This document shows positions 47,901 to 60,359 of a stretch of DNA of 64,000 nucleotides, one piece after another. The notes beneath the pieces were generated by a model. The model was not told the origin of the DNA. It did no database searches and saw only the letters and a program-made list of their open reading frames with translations. Numbering within the stretch: the first letter of the stretch is position 1; every line of letters starts with the position of its first letter. A program made the translations under genes and the position numbers. The stretch is from Plasmodiophora brassicae (lineage: Eukaryota), in NCBI GenBank assembly GCA_036867785.1, contig CP145425.1, forward strand, positions 620,001 to 684,000, in the 5' to 3' direction.

Positions 47901-49558
47901 ATGAAGCATTCATTCCAGGTGACTACGTCTTGTGCGCACGACCGAACATGGGCGCGGGGAACAAACTGATCGCCAAGTGGAATGGCCCGTTCCGTTTGCT
48001 GCAGCGACTGAAAGATCAAGTGTACTTGCTGTACGATCCTCTTCACGAGAAGGAGTTTCGGGCGCACATCCAACGAATCAGACGATATGCTGATGGGAAG
48101 TTGAACATGAAGGCGACGTGAAGAAGCATCTTCAGCACTCGAATCACAAGCTCTTGGTGGAGAATCTAGCTGACTGCCGATACAATGCGAGCGAGAAGCG
48201 AGTCGAAATCAAAGTGCTCTGGGAAGGATTCGAGGGATCGGACGCCACATGGGAACCGGCGGACATCATAATCGAGGACGTGCCGACGATGGCTCGTGAT
48301 CTGTATGACCGACTGGGAGATGACCACCCTCAGGCGGAGGAGTTGCGAACACTGTTGAACTCGGCGGCGACGAACGGGAATCACCAGCCCGCCTCGAAAC
48401 GACGTCAAGCAAAAGGAGCGCGACGTCAGGCCGGGACTAAACGACAACGGAATTGACGATATGATGATGGACCGGCTGGAACATGGTAAAGTAGCTGGTC
48501 GAAGGTTGCTAACTGTACATAGGCAACGAGGAACAACGACGCGAAAACGGAAAGGACGTCGATTGGACGCACGGTGCGCGGAGCACTGGCGTGGGCATTC
48601 GGCCCGAACCACTGGGCATGGGACTCAGTCTGAGAACATTCAGCAAATTGGCCATTGAATGGGATCATGTACCAAATGGAAACCAACGGTACGGAACTCG
48701 CATATGCATGGGGAAACACTCCACCACAGTCGGATCCTAAAGATTGGACTTCGGCTAACCCTGGTAGTCCCGAATAACGGACGCCAGTCATCGGACTCCT
48801 AAAGATTGGGCTTCGGTGAACCGATATCGGATGGGAACGGAACTAACTACGGATGCACATGGCTGGACGCGGTGTGGGTATTCGTGCTGGTTGCGAGCGG
48901 AACTTACTGGACGCAGTAGTGAGCTCACAACCGGCGCTGATGTAGTGTGTTGGACGCAACTCACAGAATCAGTGCATGGGGAACGGGAACTGGAATTGGA
49001 TGAACTGGGTGCGAATTGGGAACTGTGGGAATTGGAAATGGTGCCTTAATGTCGGCGTATGACTTGTCGTACACCACATGGGGACGGTTGGATGGATCAC
49101 TGGGAAATATGGAATGTGTGGTGACTCGCTGGAGTGATTTGGAATGGATGGGTGCCTGTAACGAGGTGACCACCTCCCACGTGGGGGGTGGATGTCGTCA
49201 GTATGGCTGAGAACTGTTAGCACTATGCTGACATGGTCCGGGCAACTCCGTCCTTATTGCGATGAGTCTAATCTCAAGAAACGGGCGTGACAGTAACGCC
49301 TACGTGTCGCACGAAAGCAGCAACGAGCCTACGTATCTCTACGTCTGCATCCAGGTCATGTTCGGAAAAGTGCAGTGTAGACGGTGGAGCAGTGCAGCAT
49401 GCCCTGTCGCAGCCAGAGATACCAAGAACAGCATCTAGGAGAGGCAGCCCTAAGACCAGGGAGAGTCCGTACGGCATGCGGGAACGCCGGACGGGAGGAG
49501 GAGAAGGATTAGGAGATCTGGGAACGAGGACGCTGAGGTTCTCTATACACGATCTACA
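44911..49558 (+). mobile_element. Ty3/Gypsy family W1, second copy: 5'-truncated at protease, frameshifted, 3' LTR 49376-49558
   Basis: Near-identical to 11992-16693 with small indels and substitutions. Confidence 0.95.
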
Positions 49559-49720
49559 CAGTGCGGGCACGGTGGCCTATTCGGGCAGGACGCAATAAAA
49601 TGCCCAACTTCGCGACAATAGTGGCAAGCCAGGGGTTGTGCCCTTGCATCACCGCCAGCGTTGATGGCGGCGATTGGGTATTTCGACTCAAGATGAGCTG
49701 TGACGACAGAGCAAGATGTG

Positions 49721-52171
49721 TCAACCACACGGATTGACCGACTGAGGTCGGTCCGCGCCGTGGACGTTTATTGTACCTAGTGCGCTACGAAGGAGCCCAA
49801 TTTGGTGCCGGCTGAGTCGCCAACACGACTCAGTCGTGACATAATAGTCCCCTTTTAGCCGCACCGGGAACGGGCTGCGGGCTTGTCTGGGTGGAAGCAT
49901 TTGGTGAGGCCTAGCAAGAACTGCTTCATCATTAGGCGACAGTCTGTACTCCAGTCGACGAGTCAGGGCGTCAGGTGTCCAATGAACGAAACCAACTTCG
50001 CTAAGGAATTGGAGTGAACGAATCTGTCGTCGATGTAGCTTGTGGGCAAACGCACGTGCGGCGGCGTCCAGGAACATGAGATCGAGGTTGAGAAACGCGA
50101 TCGAGGTTGATGAGGCCTGGTCATCCTCTAGCGTAGCAAAAGGTGCAAAGAAGGACTCGGCGGGCGCATTCAAGGGCGGGGGCTCCGCAGAGGCGCTCGT
50201 ACACAGCTGTGCTATTGGAAAATACGGCCACCCAACTAGGATCCAGGTCAGGGCGACAACGGTTGCGAACATCAGAAGATTGAGGCTGTGGCCGTCTCGG
50301 AAGCCATCATTGGAGGGAGGCGGCGGGAGAGGCCGTCTGGCCCCTCGTCGCACGGGGCCCCAGTTCCGGAAGGAGGACATAAGGGGCGTGGACTCGGAGC
50401 CTGAACGGGGCAATGATAAGAGATCGGCGCGGCTGGGGGCAACAGTATCATTGAAGGCGGCGACCCCCGGGATGCTACCATAATCGAATGCGGAAGGGCG
50501 CGGCAACGTGTCAAGTGATTCAGCTGAAGGCCGGATGGCACACGCAGGCGCAGGAACGCTTCGTGCAGGAGGTGAGACCCCAGCTGAGAGACTATCCCCG
50601 CGCTTTACTGTTGCAAATGGTCCCGCCGAAGAGACGAAGGACCCAGACTCATGGACGTCTCCTGTACGGCGTGACATCCCCACGAGGGTATCTCCGCGGC
50701 GCTGTAGGCGGCGCTGACGCCAATCGATATCTGGGTTTGTATCCGCCAACCAAGGCAGCCCAAGAATGACAGGGTGTTGAGGCGAGTGGATCATGTTCAG
50801 GACGACGTCGCTGTCGAAACATTCGTCGACGGTAGCACGTAGCGGGACGGTTTCCTGAGTTACTGGAGACAGGTGTCGCCCGTCGATGACGCGAACAGGA
50901 ATGGCACGCGATTTAGAGCGAACCGGTATTTCGTGGTGACGACAGAACGACCAGTCGATGAAGTTGGAAGTCGCACCACAGTCTAACAGGGCGAAGGTGT
51001 TGACACGGCGTGAGCCGATAACGAGGCATACCGATACCAACAGATGCGGTATTGAGGGAGACGTCATAAGGAACAGATCAGTGACGTGGAGAGGGTTGCC
51101 GGACCGCTCGGGACACAGCGATGAGCGGTGGCCAACCTTACGACAGTGCGGGCACGGTGGCCTCTTCGGGCAGGACGCAATAAAATGCCCAACTTCGCGA
51201 CAATAGTGGCAAGCCAGGGGTTGTGTCCTTGCATCACCGCCAGCGTTGATGGCGGCGATTGGGTATTTCGACTCAAGATGAGCCGCCATCTCGAGAATTT
51301 TGTCGTAGTCTCTGAAGTTGTACAAGAACAGCGCTTCGGAGAGCGCAGGGTTCAGCGAGAGGCGGAACTTTTCCGCCAAGCGGGCCGGACTGAGTCTGTA
51401 CAATGGGTCAAGTCGTTGAAGGTCCTTGTACAAGCGTTGGAATGCCAGTGCGTGGTGAGCGACACCTGCAGTCTGCTTCAGGTTGTCAAACTTCGCTTCA
51501 ACCTGCTTGAACGAAGGTCCCGGGAAGTCATGGAGCAGGACGGACGAAACGTCCGCCATAGACGCGTCCGCAGGCAAGTCGAGGTAAGTCTCAAGAGCCT
51601 GACCTTGCAAGGCTGTCGTTAAGACACATTGCACTTCGCCGGATAGAGGACTTGTAGACGTTAACGACGTCTGGGTGATCCGAGAGAACGCAGTCAACCA
51701 GCGCGTCGTCGACAGACCATCCCTTCCCGAAAAACGCGGAATGTCTTGTGACTGGACAACAATAGACGTTAAGGGTGGGCCCGGAGACACCCGTGGCGCC
51801 GGCACCCGAGCCCCAACGGACGAAGCGCCAATATGCTGCGACGTTGGGGAGACAGGGTCATGCCGAGGCGCGCCGCCGGGGTCCTGCAGAGACGTCGAGG
51901 CGGCAGAAACGTGTAGGGACGATAAGGCAGGCGGGGAGTGACGGTCCGAAGAGGACAGAGAGTCGTCGGGCCAATCGGCAGCGGTACTATTGAGCGAATG
52001 CGGGGTGAGCGGTCGTGCAGGGAGATGATTCGCCAGTGGCCGAACACCACGCGCGAAGTGCAGCTGCGACAGGGGACCGAGAGCAAAATCCGACGCACCC
52101 GCAACATCCGGATTCGCGGACGATGGGACGTCGTCCGTCAATGACGGAATCGACCCATCGCCTCCTGCCAT
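49721..52171 (-). CDS. S2 Gag-protease-TM polyprotein (~816 aa), running into the 3' LTR
   Basis: IPRFSG, two CCHC knuckles, [21 protein letters not shown], hydrophobic LNLLMFATVVALTWILVGW. Confidence 0.88.
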   Translation of the reverse strand: MAGGDGSIPSLTDDVPSSANPDVAGASDFALGPLSQLHFARGVRPLANHLPARPLTPHSLNSTAADWPDDSLSSSDRHSPPALSSLHVSAASTSLQDPGGAPRHDPVSPTSQHIGASSVGARVPAPRVSPGPPLTSIVVQSQDIPRFSGRDGLSTTRWLTAFSRITQTSLTSTSPLSGEVQCVLTTALQGQALETYLDLPADASMADVSSVLLHDFPGPSFKQVEAKFDNLKQTAGVAHHALAFQRLYKDLQRLDPLYRLSPARLAEKFRLSLNPALSEALFLYNFRDYDKILEMAAHLESKYPIAAINAGGDARTQPLACHYCREVGHFIASCPKRPPCPHCRKVGHRSSLCPERSGNPLHVTDLFLMTSPSIPHLLVSVCLVIGSRRVNTFALLDCGATSNFIDWSFCRHHEIPVRSKSRAIPVRVIDGRHLSPVTQETVPLRATVDECFDSDVVLNMIHSPQHPVILGLPWLADTNPDIDWRQRRLQRRGDTLVGMSRRTGDVHESGSFVSSAGPFATVKRGDSLSAGVSPPARSVPAPACAIRPSAESLDTLPRPSAFDYGSIPGVAAFNDTVAPSRADLLSLPRSGSESTPLMSSFRNWGPVRRGARRPLPPPPSNDGFRDGHSLNLLMFATVVALTWILVGWPYFPIAQLCTSASAEPPPLNAPAESFFAPFATLEDDQASSTSIAFLNLDLMFLDAAARAFAHKLHRRQIRSLQFLSEVGFVHWTPDALTRRLEYRLSPNDEAVLARPHQMLPPRQARSPFPVRLKGDYYVTTESCWRLSRHQIGLLRSALGTINVHGADRPQSVNPCG

Positions 52172-52199
52172 GAATGCAATACAATACCAACGATAGAAG

Positions 52200-52395
52200 C
52201 GGTACGGCACGATACGATACGGCACAATACGATACGATACGGCACAATACGATACGATACGGCACAATACGATTCGATACGGCACAATACGATTCGATAC
52301 GACACAATACGATACGATACGGCACAATACGATACGGTACGGCACAATACGATACGAGTCGAGACAATACGATACGATACGGCACAATACGAGTC
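52200..52395. repeat. Pentamer-based tandem repeat (GATAC/GGCAC/AATAC; ~20-bp unit) in the S2 5' leader
   Basis: Read directly; only about 2 units in the older copy (53495-53535). Confidence 0.9.
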
Positions 52396-53715
52396 GAGAC
52401 AAGACGACGACAGAAGGTTAGTCGGTCAAAATGTGACGACAGAGCAAGATGTGTCAACCACACGGATTGACCGACTGAGGTCGGTCCGCGCCGTGGACGT
52501 TTATTGTACCTAGTGCGCTACGAAGGAGCCCAATTTGGTGCCGGCTGAGTCGCCAACACGACTCAGTCGTGACATGAGCCGCCATCTCGAGAATTTTGTC
52601 GTGGTCTCTGAAGTTGCAGAAGAACAGCGCTTCGGAGAGCGCAGGGTTCAACGAGAGGCGGAACTTTTCCGCCAAGCGGGCCGGATTGAGTCTGTACAAT
52701 GGGTCAAGTCGTTGAAGGTCCTTGTACAAGCGTTGGAATGCCAGTGCGTGGTGAGCGACACCTGGGGTCTGCTTTAGGTTGTCAAACTTCGCTTCAACCT
52801 GCTTGAACGAAGGGCCCGGGAAGTCATGGAGCAGGACCGACGCTACGTCCGCCATAGACGCGTCCGCAGGCAAGTCGAGGTAAGTCTCAAGGGCCTGACC
52901 TTGCAAGGCTATCGTTAAGACACATTGCACATCGCCGGATAGAGGACTTGTAGACGTTAACGACGTCTGGGTGATCCGAGAGAACGCAGTCAACCAACGC
53001 GTCGTCGACAGACCATCGCTTCCCGAAAAACGCGGAATGTCTTGTGACTGGACAACAATAGACGTTAAGGGTGGGCCCGGAGACACCCGTGGCGCTGGCA
53101 CCCGAGCCCCAACGGACGAAGCGCCAATATGCTGCGACGTCGAGGAGACAGGGTCATGCCGAGGCGCGCCGCCGGGGTCCTGCAGAGACGTCGAGGCGGC
53201 AGAAACGTGTAGGGACGATAAGGCAGGCGGGGAGTGACGGTCTGAAGGGGACAGAGAGTCGTCGGGCCAATCGGCAGCGGTACTATTGAGCGAAGGCGGG
53301 GTGAGCGGTCGTGCAGGGAGATGATTCGCCAGTGGCAGAACACCCCGCGCGAAGTGCATCTGCGACAGGGGACCGAGAGCAAAATCCGACGCACCCGCAA
53401 CATCCGGATTCACGGACGATGGGACGTCGTCCGCCAATGACGGAATCGACCCATCGCCTCCTGCCATGAATGCAATACAATACCAACGATAGAAACGGTA
53501 CGGCACGGTACGATACGGCACAATACGATACGAGTCGAGACAAGACGACGACAGAAGGTTAGTCGGTCAAAATGTGAAGACAGAGCAAGATGAGTCAACC
53601 ACACGGATTGACCGACTGAGGTCGGTCCGCGCCGTGGACGTTTATTGTACCTATTGCGCTACGAAGGAGCCCAATTTGGTGCCGGCTGAGTCGCCAACAC
53701 GACTCAGTCGTGACA

Positions 53716-56700
53716 CTATCCTCCTACAAACTCCATTTGAGACGCATGGCAGCCGACCGATTAGATGATCATCTAAAGAACAACATCAAAGAAAGCAAAT
53801 GGGGAGACTATCCCAACCGACAACGATATCGAGACGACGCCAAAAACATAGCATACGACAGCAGAAAAATCCATACCCTCCCCCTGCTGAATCGCGCCCG
53901 CTTGGGATACTGCGGCGCCCGGCAGCACCTCTATAACATTAGCCAAGACATGGCCGGAGAGTCATCTCAATGCCAGCACTGCGGGAACGCAACCGAAGCC
54001 ATTGAGCATCAACTCCTGCACTGCACCGCATTGCGCCACAAACTACAACAAGAACGCGACGTATACGCGAGACTATGGAAAAACTCCTTCACAGAAGCCC
54101 TCTGGAAATATGAAGACGAGATGACTAACATTCTCAAGTCTGCAAAGGACAAAAAATGCATGTACATCTAACAACACGCCAAGACCATCAACCCCACCAA
54201 GAACGAAGTACAAATCCGTGCTGATCTCGCGGTGCAGGTTACCCTGCGCCGCCAAGGCCACAGGGCCTAAAATTAATGTTATGGGTGCTGTAGTCAGTCT
54301 CGAGCCAATATCCCAATGAGCTTTATCATCCATCCCATCCACGGCGTCGACCATGCCATCACAGTGGAGCTAAATCCGTGCAGGCCCCCTTTCCTCAGGA
54401 CAGCAGGACCCCCTCCTCAGGACAGCAGCATCTTGAGGTCGGGCACGAGACGCTAAATATAGAGCCCCGCTCTACACTGCCTTTCTCCGAACTCGTGCCC
54501 GGAACCAGCAACATCATCATCGTGCCCGGCGAAGATAGAGCAGACGGCGAAGGGTAGTGTGAGACTCGGAATCACCCAGTACTCACTAAAAACCACCTTG
54601 TAACCCCATGGGAAAAATCGGTGGAAAATCCATTTACGGACACCCTTGCCACAGCCAGCCGAGATGGAGGTACATGAACTGACGAAAACATCGGCGATGG
54701 GGCGCTCGACCCAGATGGGTGGAGCCCGGTCCATATACACCCGAAAAGTATCATTCACCTAGCTCAGCGGCCGACACAGATGCGTGGACCCCCAGCGCAA
54801 CAGAGTCTCGATAGTCAGAACGCCCTGACCAGAGTCAAATCTGCGGTGACGAGTGACTTAACGGATGCTGCCGAATGTCCCGTGACACAACGATATTGAT
54901 GAGGCCACCTGTGTGACTACCCATCGAATAACGTGATGGCCTCTCAGAGGAGCGCCATAAACCGTGGTTGCATGATCGCATAACAACCAGGTTGACTGAT
55001 TCCATGACTTGCATGCAAACCAGTTGCAATGGTCCCATTTATTTGAGAACCGGGCCCACAATGATTGAGGACCATGATCATGATCATCCTCGTATCGTCC
55101 AGTGCAGAACCGATACGGTTGCGTCGTCCTTCCGGTCCCGACGGTACTGAATAAGCGTGTTTGACGGTTGACTCCTGTACAACCACAAACCGTAAACACT
55201 GCACAGGCATTGTCATTCATACCTAGTGCCGTCGTCGCTGCTTCCGCTTTGTCTGGCGTTGCGCGTTACTCGCTCGCTTTGGTGCTGGGGCGAGTCGTCG
55301 ACTTGGTGTGTGGTTGATGACATGCTGGACAACAGGACATAAGTACGGCCAGTTGTGCGTGCTAATCTGGGCCTCGTTCAGGACTGATCGCATGACGTTG
55401 AGCACCGTGCGGTTCGCGCGTTCCACCGTGCCGTTAGCCCACGGACAATATGCCGTTGTGATGTGATGCTGAACATCTCGTAGCCGGGTAAGCTCCTCCA
55501 TGACTTCTGCAGTGAAGTGTGAACCACCGTCCGTGACCAAGTACTCGGGCGTCGCGAAATCGGCAATCCACTGATTCAGAGCTTCCGCAGCAACACGACT
55601 TGTCGCTTCAGCTGATGGAATCAGACGAACATAACCACTGAAGTCGTCCTTCAAGAGCAGAATATACTTGTACTTGTGGTCCGCGCCCCTGACAGGCTCC
55701 ACATAGAGATAGTCCATGGTGAGTACGTCGAACGGCTGGTGACCATGTAATGCTTCACCGAGCGGCCGAGGAACTTTCTTACCACCGCGTGTCGTGATGC
55801 AACGCAAGCATTGCTGACGCATCGCTTCAATGTCCTGATTGATCTTGGTCCAGAAGAAGCGCTCCGTGATCATCTGCTTGGTTACTTCCGACGCACGATG
55901 ACCAGCGCTTGCGCAATGGCCAATGACCAGGATCCGAAGGCGTAGACTCTTGCAGTCTTGATGACAAGGAATAAGAACGGCTTTGCTCTCGTTCTTCCAC
56001 AGACGATCAGCTTCATCGAAGTACACCCCGTCCTCGATCTTCTCCTCTCGTGACAGAAAGCGTTGCGAATCGCGGATCTCCTTTTCAGTCGGCCAGCTGA
56101 ATTCAGGATGTTGCCGAGGAGTGACTCGCAAATCGTCCATCTGCATGGTGCGCGTTGCTCTACATGACAGTGCGATGCGACCAGCTCCCCATCGGGTCAG
56201 AAGGTCTGCCCATACGTTGTCGGTTCCAGCGATCTCCTTCATCTTGAGGCTGAAGCCTTGTAGATGCAATGCCCATCGCTCTAGCTTCTGCGCCGTATGC
56301 TTCTTGATCTCCGAGTTCCGGTCGAAGATGAACGTCAGATTGCGATGATCGCAGTAGAGCAGGAACTCCCGGGATGTCTGCAGTAGGAAATCACCGCGCT
56401 GCGTAGCGTTGATGATCGCGGCTGCCTCCTTCTCGATCGTGGGCCATCTGATCTCTGCACCTGAGAAGCGCTTGCCGTAGAATGCGAGAGGTTCATGTCG
56501 TTGTTCGCATACAGGCAGGTTGACGTCTTCCATCGGGATCTGCGTAACCACCGCCGACCATGCTGCATCACTGGCGTCCGTGAACAGACAGGTCTGATGA
56601 TCCTCCTTCGGAAATGCCAGCTGAACGTGTTGAATCAAAGCGAAGCGCACGTCCTCGAATGACTTGCTGTGCTGATCGGACCAGCCCAGTGCGTCCAGCG

Positions 56701-59700
56701 AGACACATGATGGCGATGATGATCGAATGCGCTTGAGCTCCTCGTTGGCAATGTCAAGCAGCTCTTGCAGCGGTCGTACTATACTTGCGTAGCCGGGTAC
56801 GTGGGTACGCATCCAGTTGGCCGCCCACAGAAACTGCTGCAGGTCGTTAGCGGTCTTCGGGCGTGGCATGCTGGTCAACGCCTCGATACGTTCTGGATCA
56901 TGCCGAACTCCTTCTCGCGAGTATATCCTGCCGCACCACTTCAACTCGCGAGCGAACAACGTGCACTTGTTCGGGTTCAGCTTCAGGTTGCGCTCGCGAC
57001 ACCGCTCCTACACTCGTGTCAGTTGATGAAGAAGGTCTTCCTCCGACCTCGCGAATCCGAGTATGTCGTCAATCCAGATGAGCAAATTCTCCTTCATGTC
57101 GTCGAAGATAGCTGCCATTCGGCCGTGGAACTGAACCGCCGAATTCATTTCCCCTTGAATGCTCCTCGTAGGCGTGAATACAGCGTCGTCCGTCATGAAG
57201 CTGAAGATTTCCTGACACTCCTTAGCCAAAGGCATCAACCAGAAGCCCTTGAAAGCATCAATCGTGAAGAAACAAGTCATGCCGGAGAGCTTGCGCGTAA
57301 CAGCCTCAACATTCGGCATCGGCCATGCTGTGGGAACACACCGTGCGTTCACTTGGCGAAGATCGACACATAGACGATAGCCATCGCCTTTCGGTTTCTT
57401 GACGACTAGGACTGGACTTGCCCATCGCGAGTTCATATTCATGTAGACAAGACCGTTCTCCTTCAGCATACTGATCATGTCGTCTAGGAACTCCTTCTGC
57501 TTAGGATTGTAGAACCGAGGCTTGCACCGGTACGGAGTAGCGTCCTGCTTGAGTTGTGTTACCATCGGTTCGACATCGACAGGCTTGTCTTGACCCAGAC
57601 GCGTGCGGAATTCGTTCAGATGTCGTCGCAAGATCAATCGTAGCTTAGCAACTCCTTGACGAGACATGCCATTGAGACGTGCTTGGTGTACCATCCGGTT
57701 ACAAGAAGCTTCGATCTCGTGAGCATTGATCGGTCCCAAGTCAACTTCACTTGACGACGGTTCCATAGAGTCCGACTCTGGTACTGGGTAGTGATCTCCT
57801 CGCAACGTTGCCATTCTCGCGGCAATTCGCCTCACGGTCTCGATACAATCGACATCGACTGCGGCACATCCTGAGAGCGTATCCATCTCGGTGCATCCTG
57901 ATGCGATGATGTTCTCGAGTTGCTGACGCGGATTGATGCCGAGAGTCGTTAGTAGATTGTCACCGAACAGGATCACAGGAATCTCGTCGCAAACGTAGTA
58001 GGTCACATGATACAGCGTCAAATTGCCAACTTCGGTCTCCAGGATCGTGATTGGAACTTGCACCGTGCGCGTTATGGTTCCGATAACTTTGCCTTCTGCT
58101 GAGGTGACGTCTCGTTGTTGAACGTCGCGGAACGTGGCTTCTTTCAACTGGACAGCGATAGGGCCAGGCATGATGTTGCCTCCGCGGCAGCCGGAATCCA
58201 ACTCGTACGGAACACGTATGCCTTCCAGCACTACGCGTTGTAGATCATCGACAGTCTCAGCGTACCCGTTAGTCTTCTGGATCTTTATCGGGCGATGGTT
58301 GGCGCGAACAAGCTCATAGCACTTCTCCTTGGACGGCTTCGTCGGACACTCCTTTAAACTGTGCGACCCCGCACAGTTCCAACACGTGATCTTGGCGCCT
58401 TTACGTTCAGCTGCAGTGTCGCGTGTCCGCTTCGTGCTCGACGTTGTCTCATTCTCGGCCGTCGACACGCTAGGGGGTATGAACTGTACCGTTGGTTCTC
58501 CAGGCGACTTGACCTTCGTAGCAGGTGTCTGCTGCTGACGCAGGTGAGCGGGCTTCGGACGGGTCGGCCGATTCAGAGGAGGAGGACGATGTTCCCGAAC
58601 GCGTCATCCCCCCGACGTGATCGCCACCTGATACTTGTGGCTGCGGTCGTTCAGACGAAGCTTGGCGCAGGTCTTCTTGGATACGCCACCAATCATGGCT
58701 GAACCGTTGACAGCGACCTTGTGCATGATCCACTCCTGCACCTGCTTCATAATCGCCTTCAAGTCCCCTTCGCGCTTGGACTTGTCCTCCTTGACCCATT
58801 GCCTTGTGAAGTCACGTAGCCTCCACGGTTGCAACGAATCAACCAAAAAACGGCCAAGGGCTCTACGCCCACCGACCGTTTCGCGCAAGTGCTGCCAGCC
58901 TCGTCTCCACTGGATTTCAGTCATGCGATCCAGGATCGACTGCACTTGATCCCTCAGAGTCGGGAGGCTGGTGTCCATCGACAGCTCACTCGCGATTTTG
59001 GCCTCAATGTCTTGGGTCGTCAGGCCATGACTCGCTGGAAGCTTTTTGATCTGCGCTTCGATCCATCCTTCCAGGTCGTCATCTGTCAGCAGGTCGACAT
59101 TGTTCAGGAATAGGTGATTCAACGCGATGCAGGTCAGCTGCGGCGTGGTAAAGCAGAATCGTATCGCTTGAGGCTTGATCCTCGCGGCTTCCGGACGGTT
59201 GCCCTCACGGTCGATAACCACTGCACAATATCGATCGTACTGCTCTTTCAACTTCAAGATGGATGTGGAGTCCAACTTCGCGACCCGTGGCAGGATGCTG
59301 ACATCCGCGTCCTTGACACCAATATGCTCGTCCGTGCTGGACGTCGTCTCCGATGCCATGGCGCAGCGTCTCGAACGTGGTGCGGGACGAAGTCAGACGT
59401 GTGGGATCAGAGAGTGCGCACTGTAGTCAGTCTCGAGCCAATATCCCAATGAGCTTTATCATCCATCCCATCCACGGCGTCGACCATGCCATCACAGTGG
59501 AGCTAAATCCGTGCAGGCCCCCTTTCCTCAGGACAGCAGGACGCCAGGACCCCCTCCTCAGGACAGCAGCATCTTGAGGTCGGGCACGAGACGCTAAATA
59601 TAGAGCCCCGCTCTACAGTGCCCGACAGCCCAGTAAGTGTCGTTTAGGAGTTTTCTTAGGGGATCACTTGAGCAGGTTGGAAGGCGAAGGGGCGCCTGTA

Positions 59701-59988
59701 AGACAAATGACCACCTCCCACGTGGGGGTGGATGTCGTCAGTAGTGTAGCCAGATCAACCACAGTGAGGGAGATCAAAGTCTACGAACCTGTGGGGTGCT
59801 CATTGAGCCCTCAGACTCGCACCGGAGTCGCCAACCTGCGAGATCCCAGCACAAAGGTGACAGGCCGGCACTGCCAGGCCGGGATGCTGCCGTTCTGGAA
59901 GCGATCCTACGGTCCTCGGACCCGATCGAGACCGAGGCGCCTGCCTGAAAAGCGCGAAACACAAATAAACTAAATTAAACTAAACTAA
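53716..59988 (+). mobile_element. LINE 3' part (53716-54288 + 59622-59988): CCHC C-terminus, 3' UTR, (TAAAC)n tail; split by W2
   Basis: SSYKLHLRR overlaps the 30380-30500 peptide; CQHC..EHQLLHC; the UTR is continuous across the GTGC TSD and matches 9359-9878. Confidence 0.9.
54289..59617 (-). mobile_element. Ty3/Gypsy family W2, two-LTR copy with stops/frameshifts and deleted integrase C-terminus
   Basis: LTRs 54289-54476 and 59422-59617 (8-bp indel), 4-bp TSD GTGC. Gag 58604-59359; CWNCAGSHSLKEC, LDSG, WIDD, RNase H and integrase core (55223-58468). Confidence 0.95.
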
Positions 59989-60099
59989 GGTTGCGTAAAG
60001 GTTGTGTTCCTCGGAAGGTTCCGAAGCTGCACGAGTGCATGGGCGTCAGCCCTCCAGCAATCGATAAACGATTCATTCTCATTTCAACTCGGTTCTGAG

Positions 60100-60223
60100 T
60101 GGGTCGAGTCGTCTTGGCGACTCAGCCGGCACCTAATTGGGCTCCTCCGATCCGCAGCGCACTACAAAACTCAAGCTCAGTCGGTCAATCAGTGAGGTTG
60201 ACACATCTTGTTCGGTCATCACA
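60100..60223 (+). mobile_element. Degenerate solo LTR related to family S2
   Basis: GAGTCGTCTTGGCGACTCAGCCGGCACC...CTCAGTCGGTCAATC...GGTTGACACATCTTG...TCACA aligns with the S2 LTR sense strand. Confidence 0.8.
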
Positions 60224-60359
60224 AGCAGCACCCAGACATGGGCGGGTAGCACGCCGATTGGGGTGAGCTGCACGCCGACACATGAGCCGAGCTGCACGCC
60301 GACAACAACCGAGATGCAAACAATGGAGAGTTTATCATTACAGTGGCAGCAGGGCCGGT

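Larger units (their letters stand above)
49699..52574 (-). mobile_element. Non-autonomous LTR element, family S2 (2876 bp; Gag-protease-TM ORF, no RT/RNase H/integrase)
   Basis: Identical 143-bp LTRs 49699-49841 and 52432-52574, 5-bp TSD TGAGC, purine tract AAAAGGGGA. Confidence 0.95.
49559..53715 (-). mobile_element. Family S2 older copy (5' LTR 53573-53715; gag 52575-53467 and 49559-49698), host of a younger S2 copy, cut by the W1 LTR
   Basis: Gag near-identical to that of the inner copy; reading MAAH|LESKYP is restored across the insertion. Confidence 0.9.

Noticed and set aside
52200-52395. CRISPR-like array
   Set aside because: Simple tandem repeat with no unique spacers and no cas genes; eukaryotic context.
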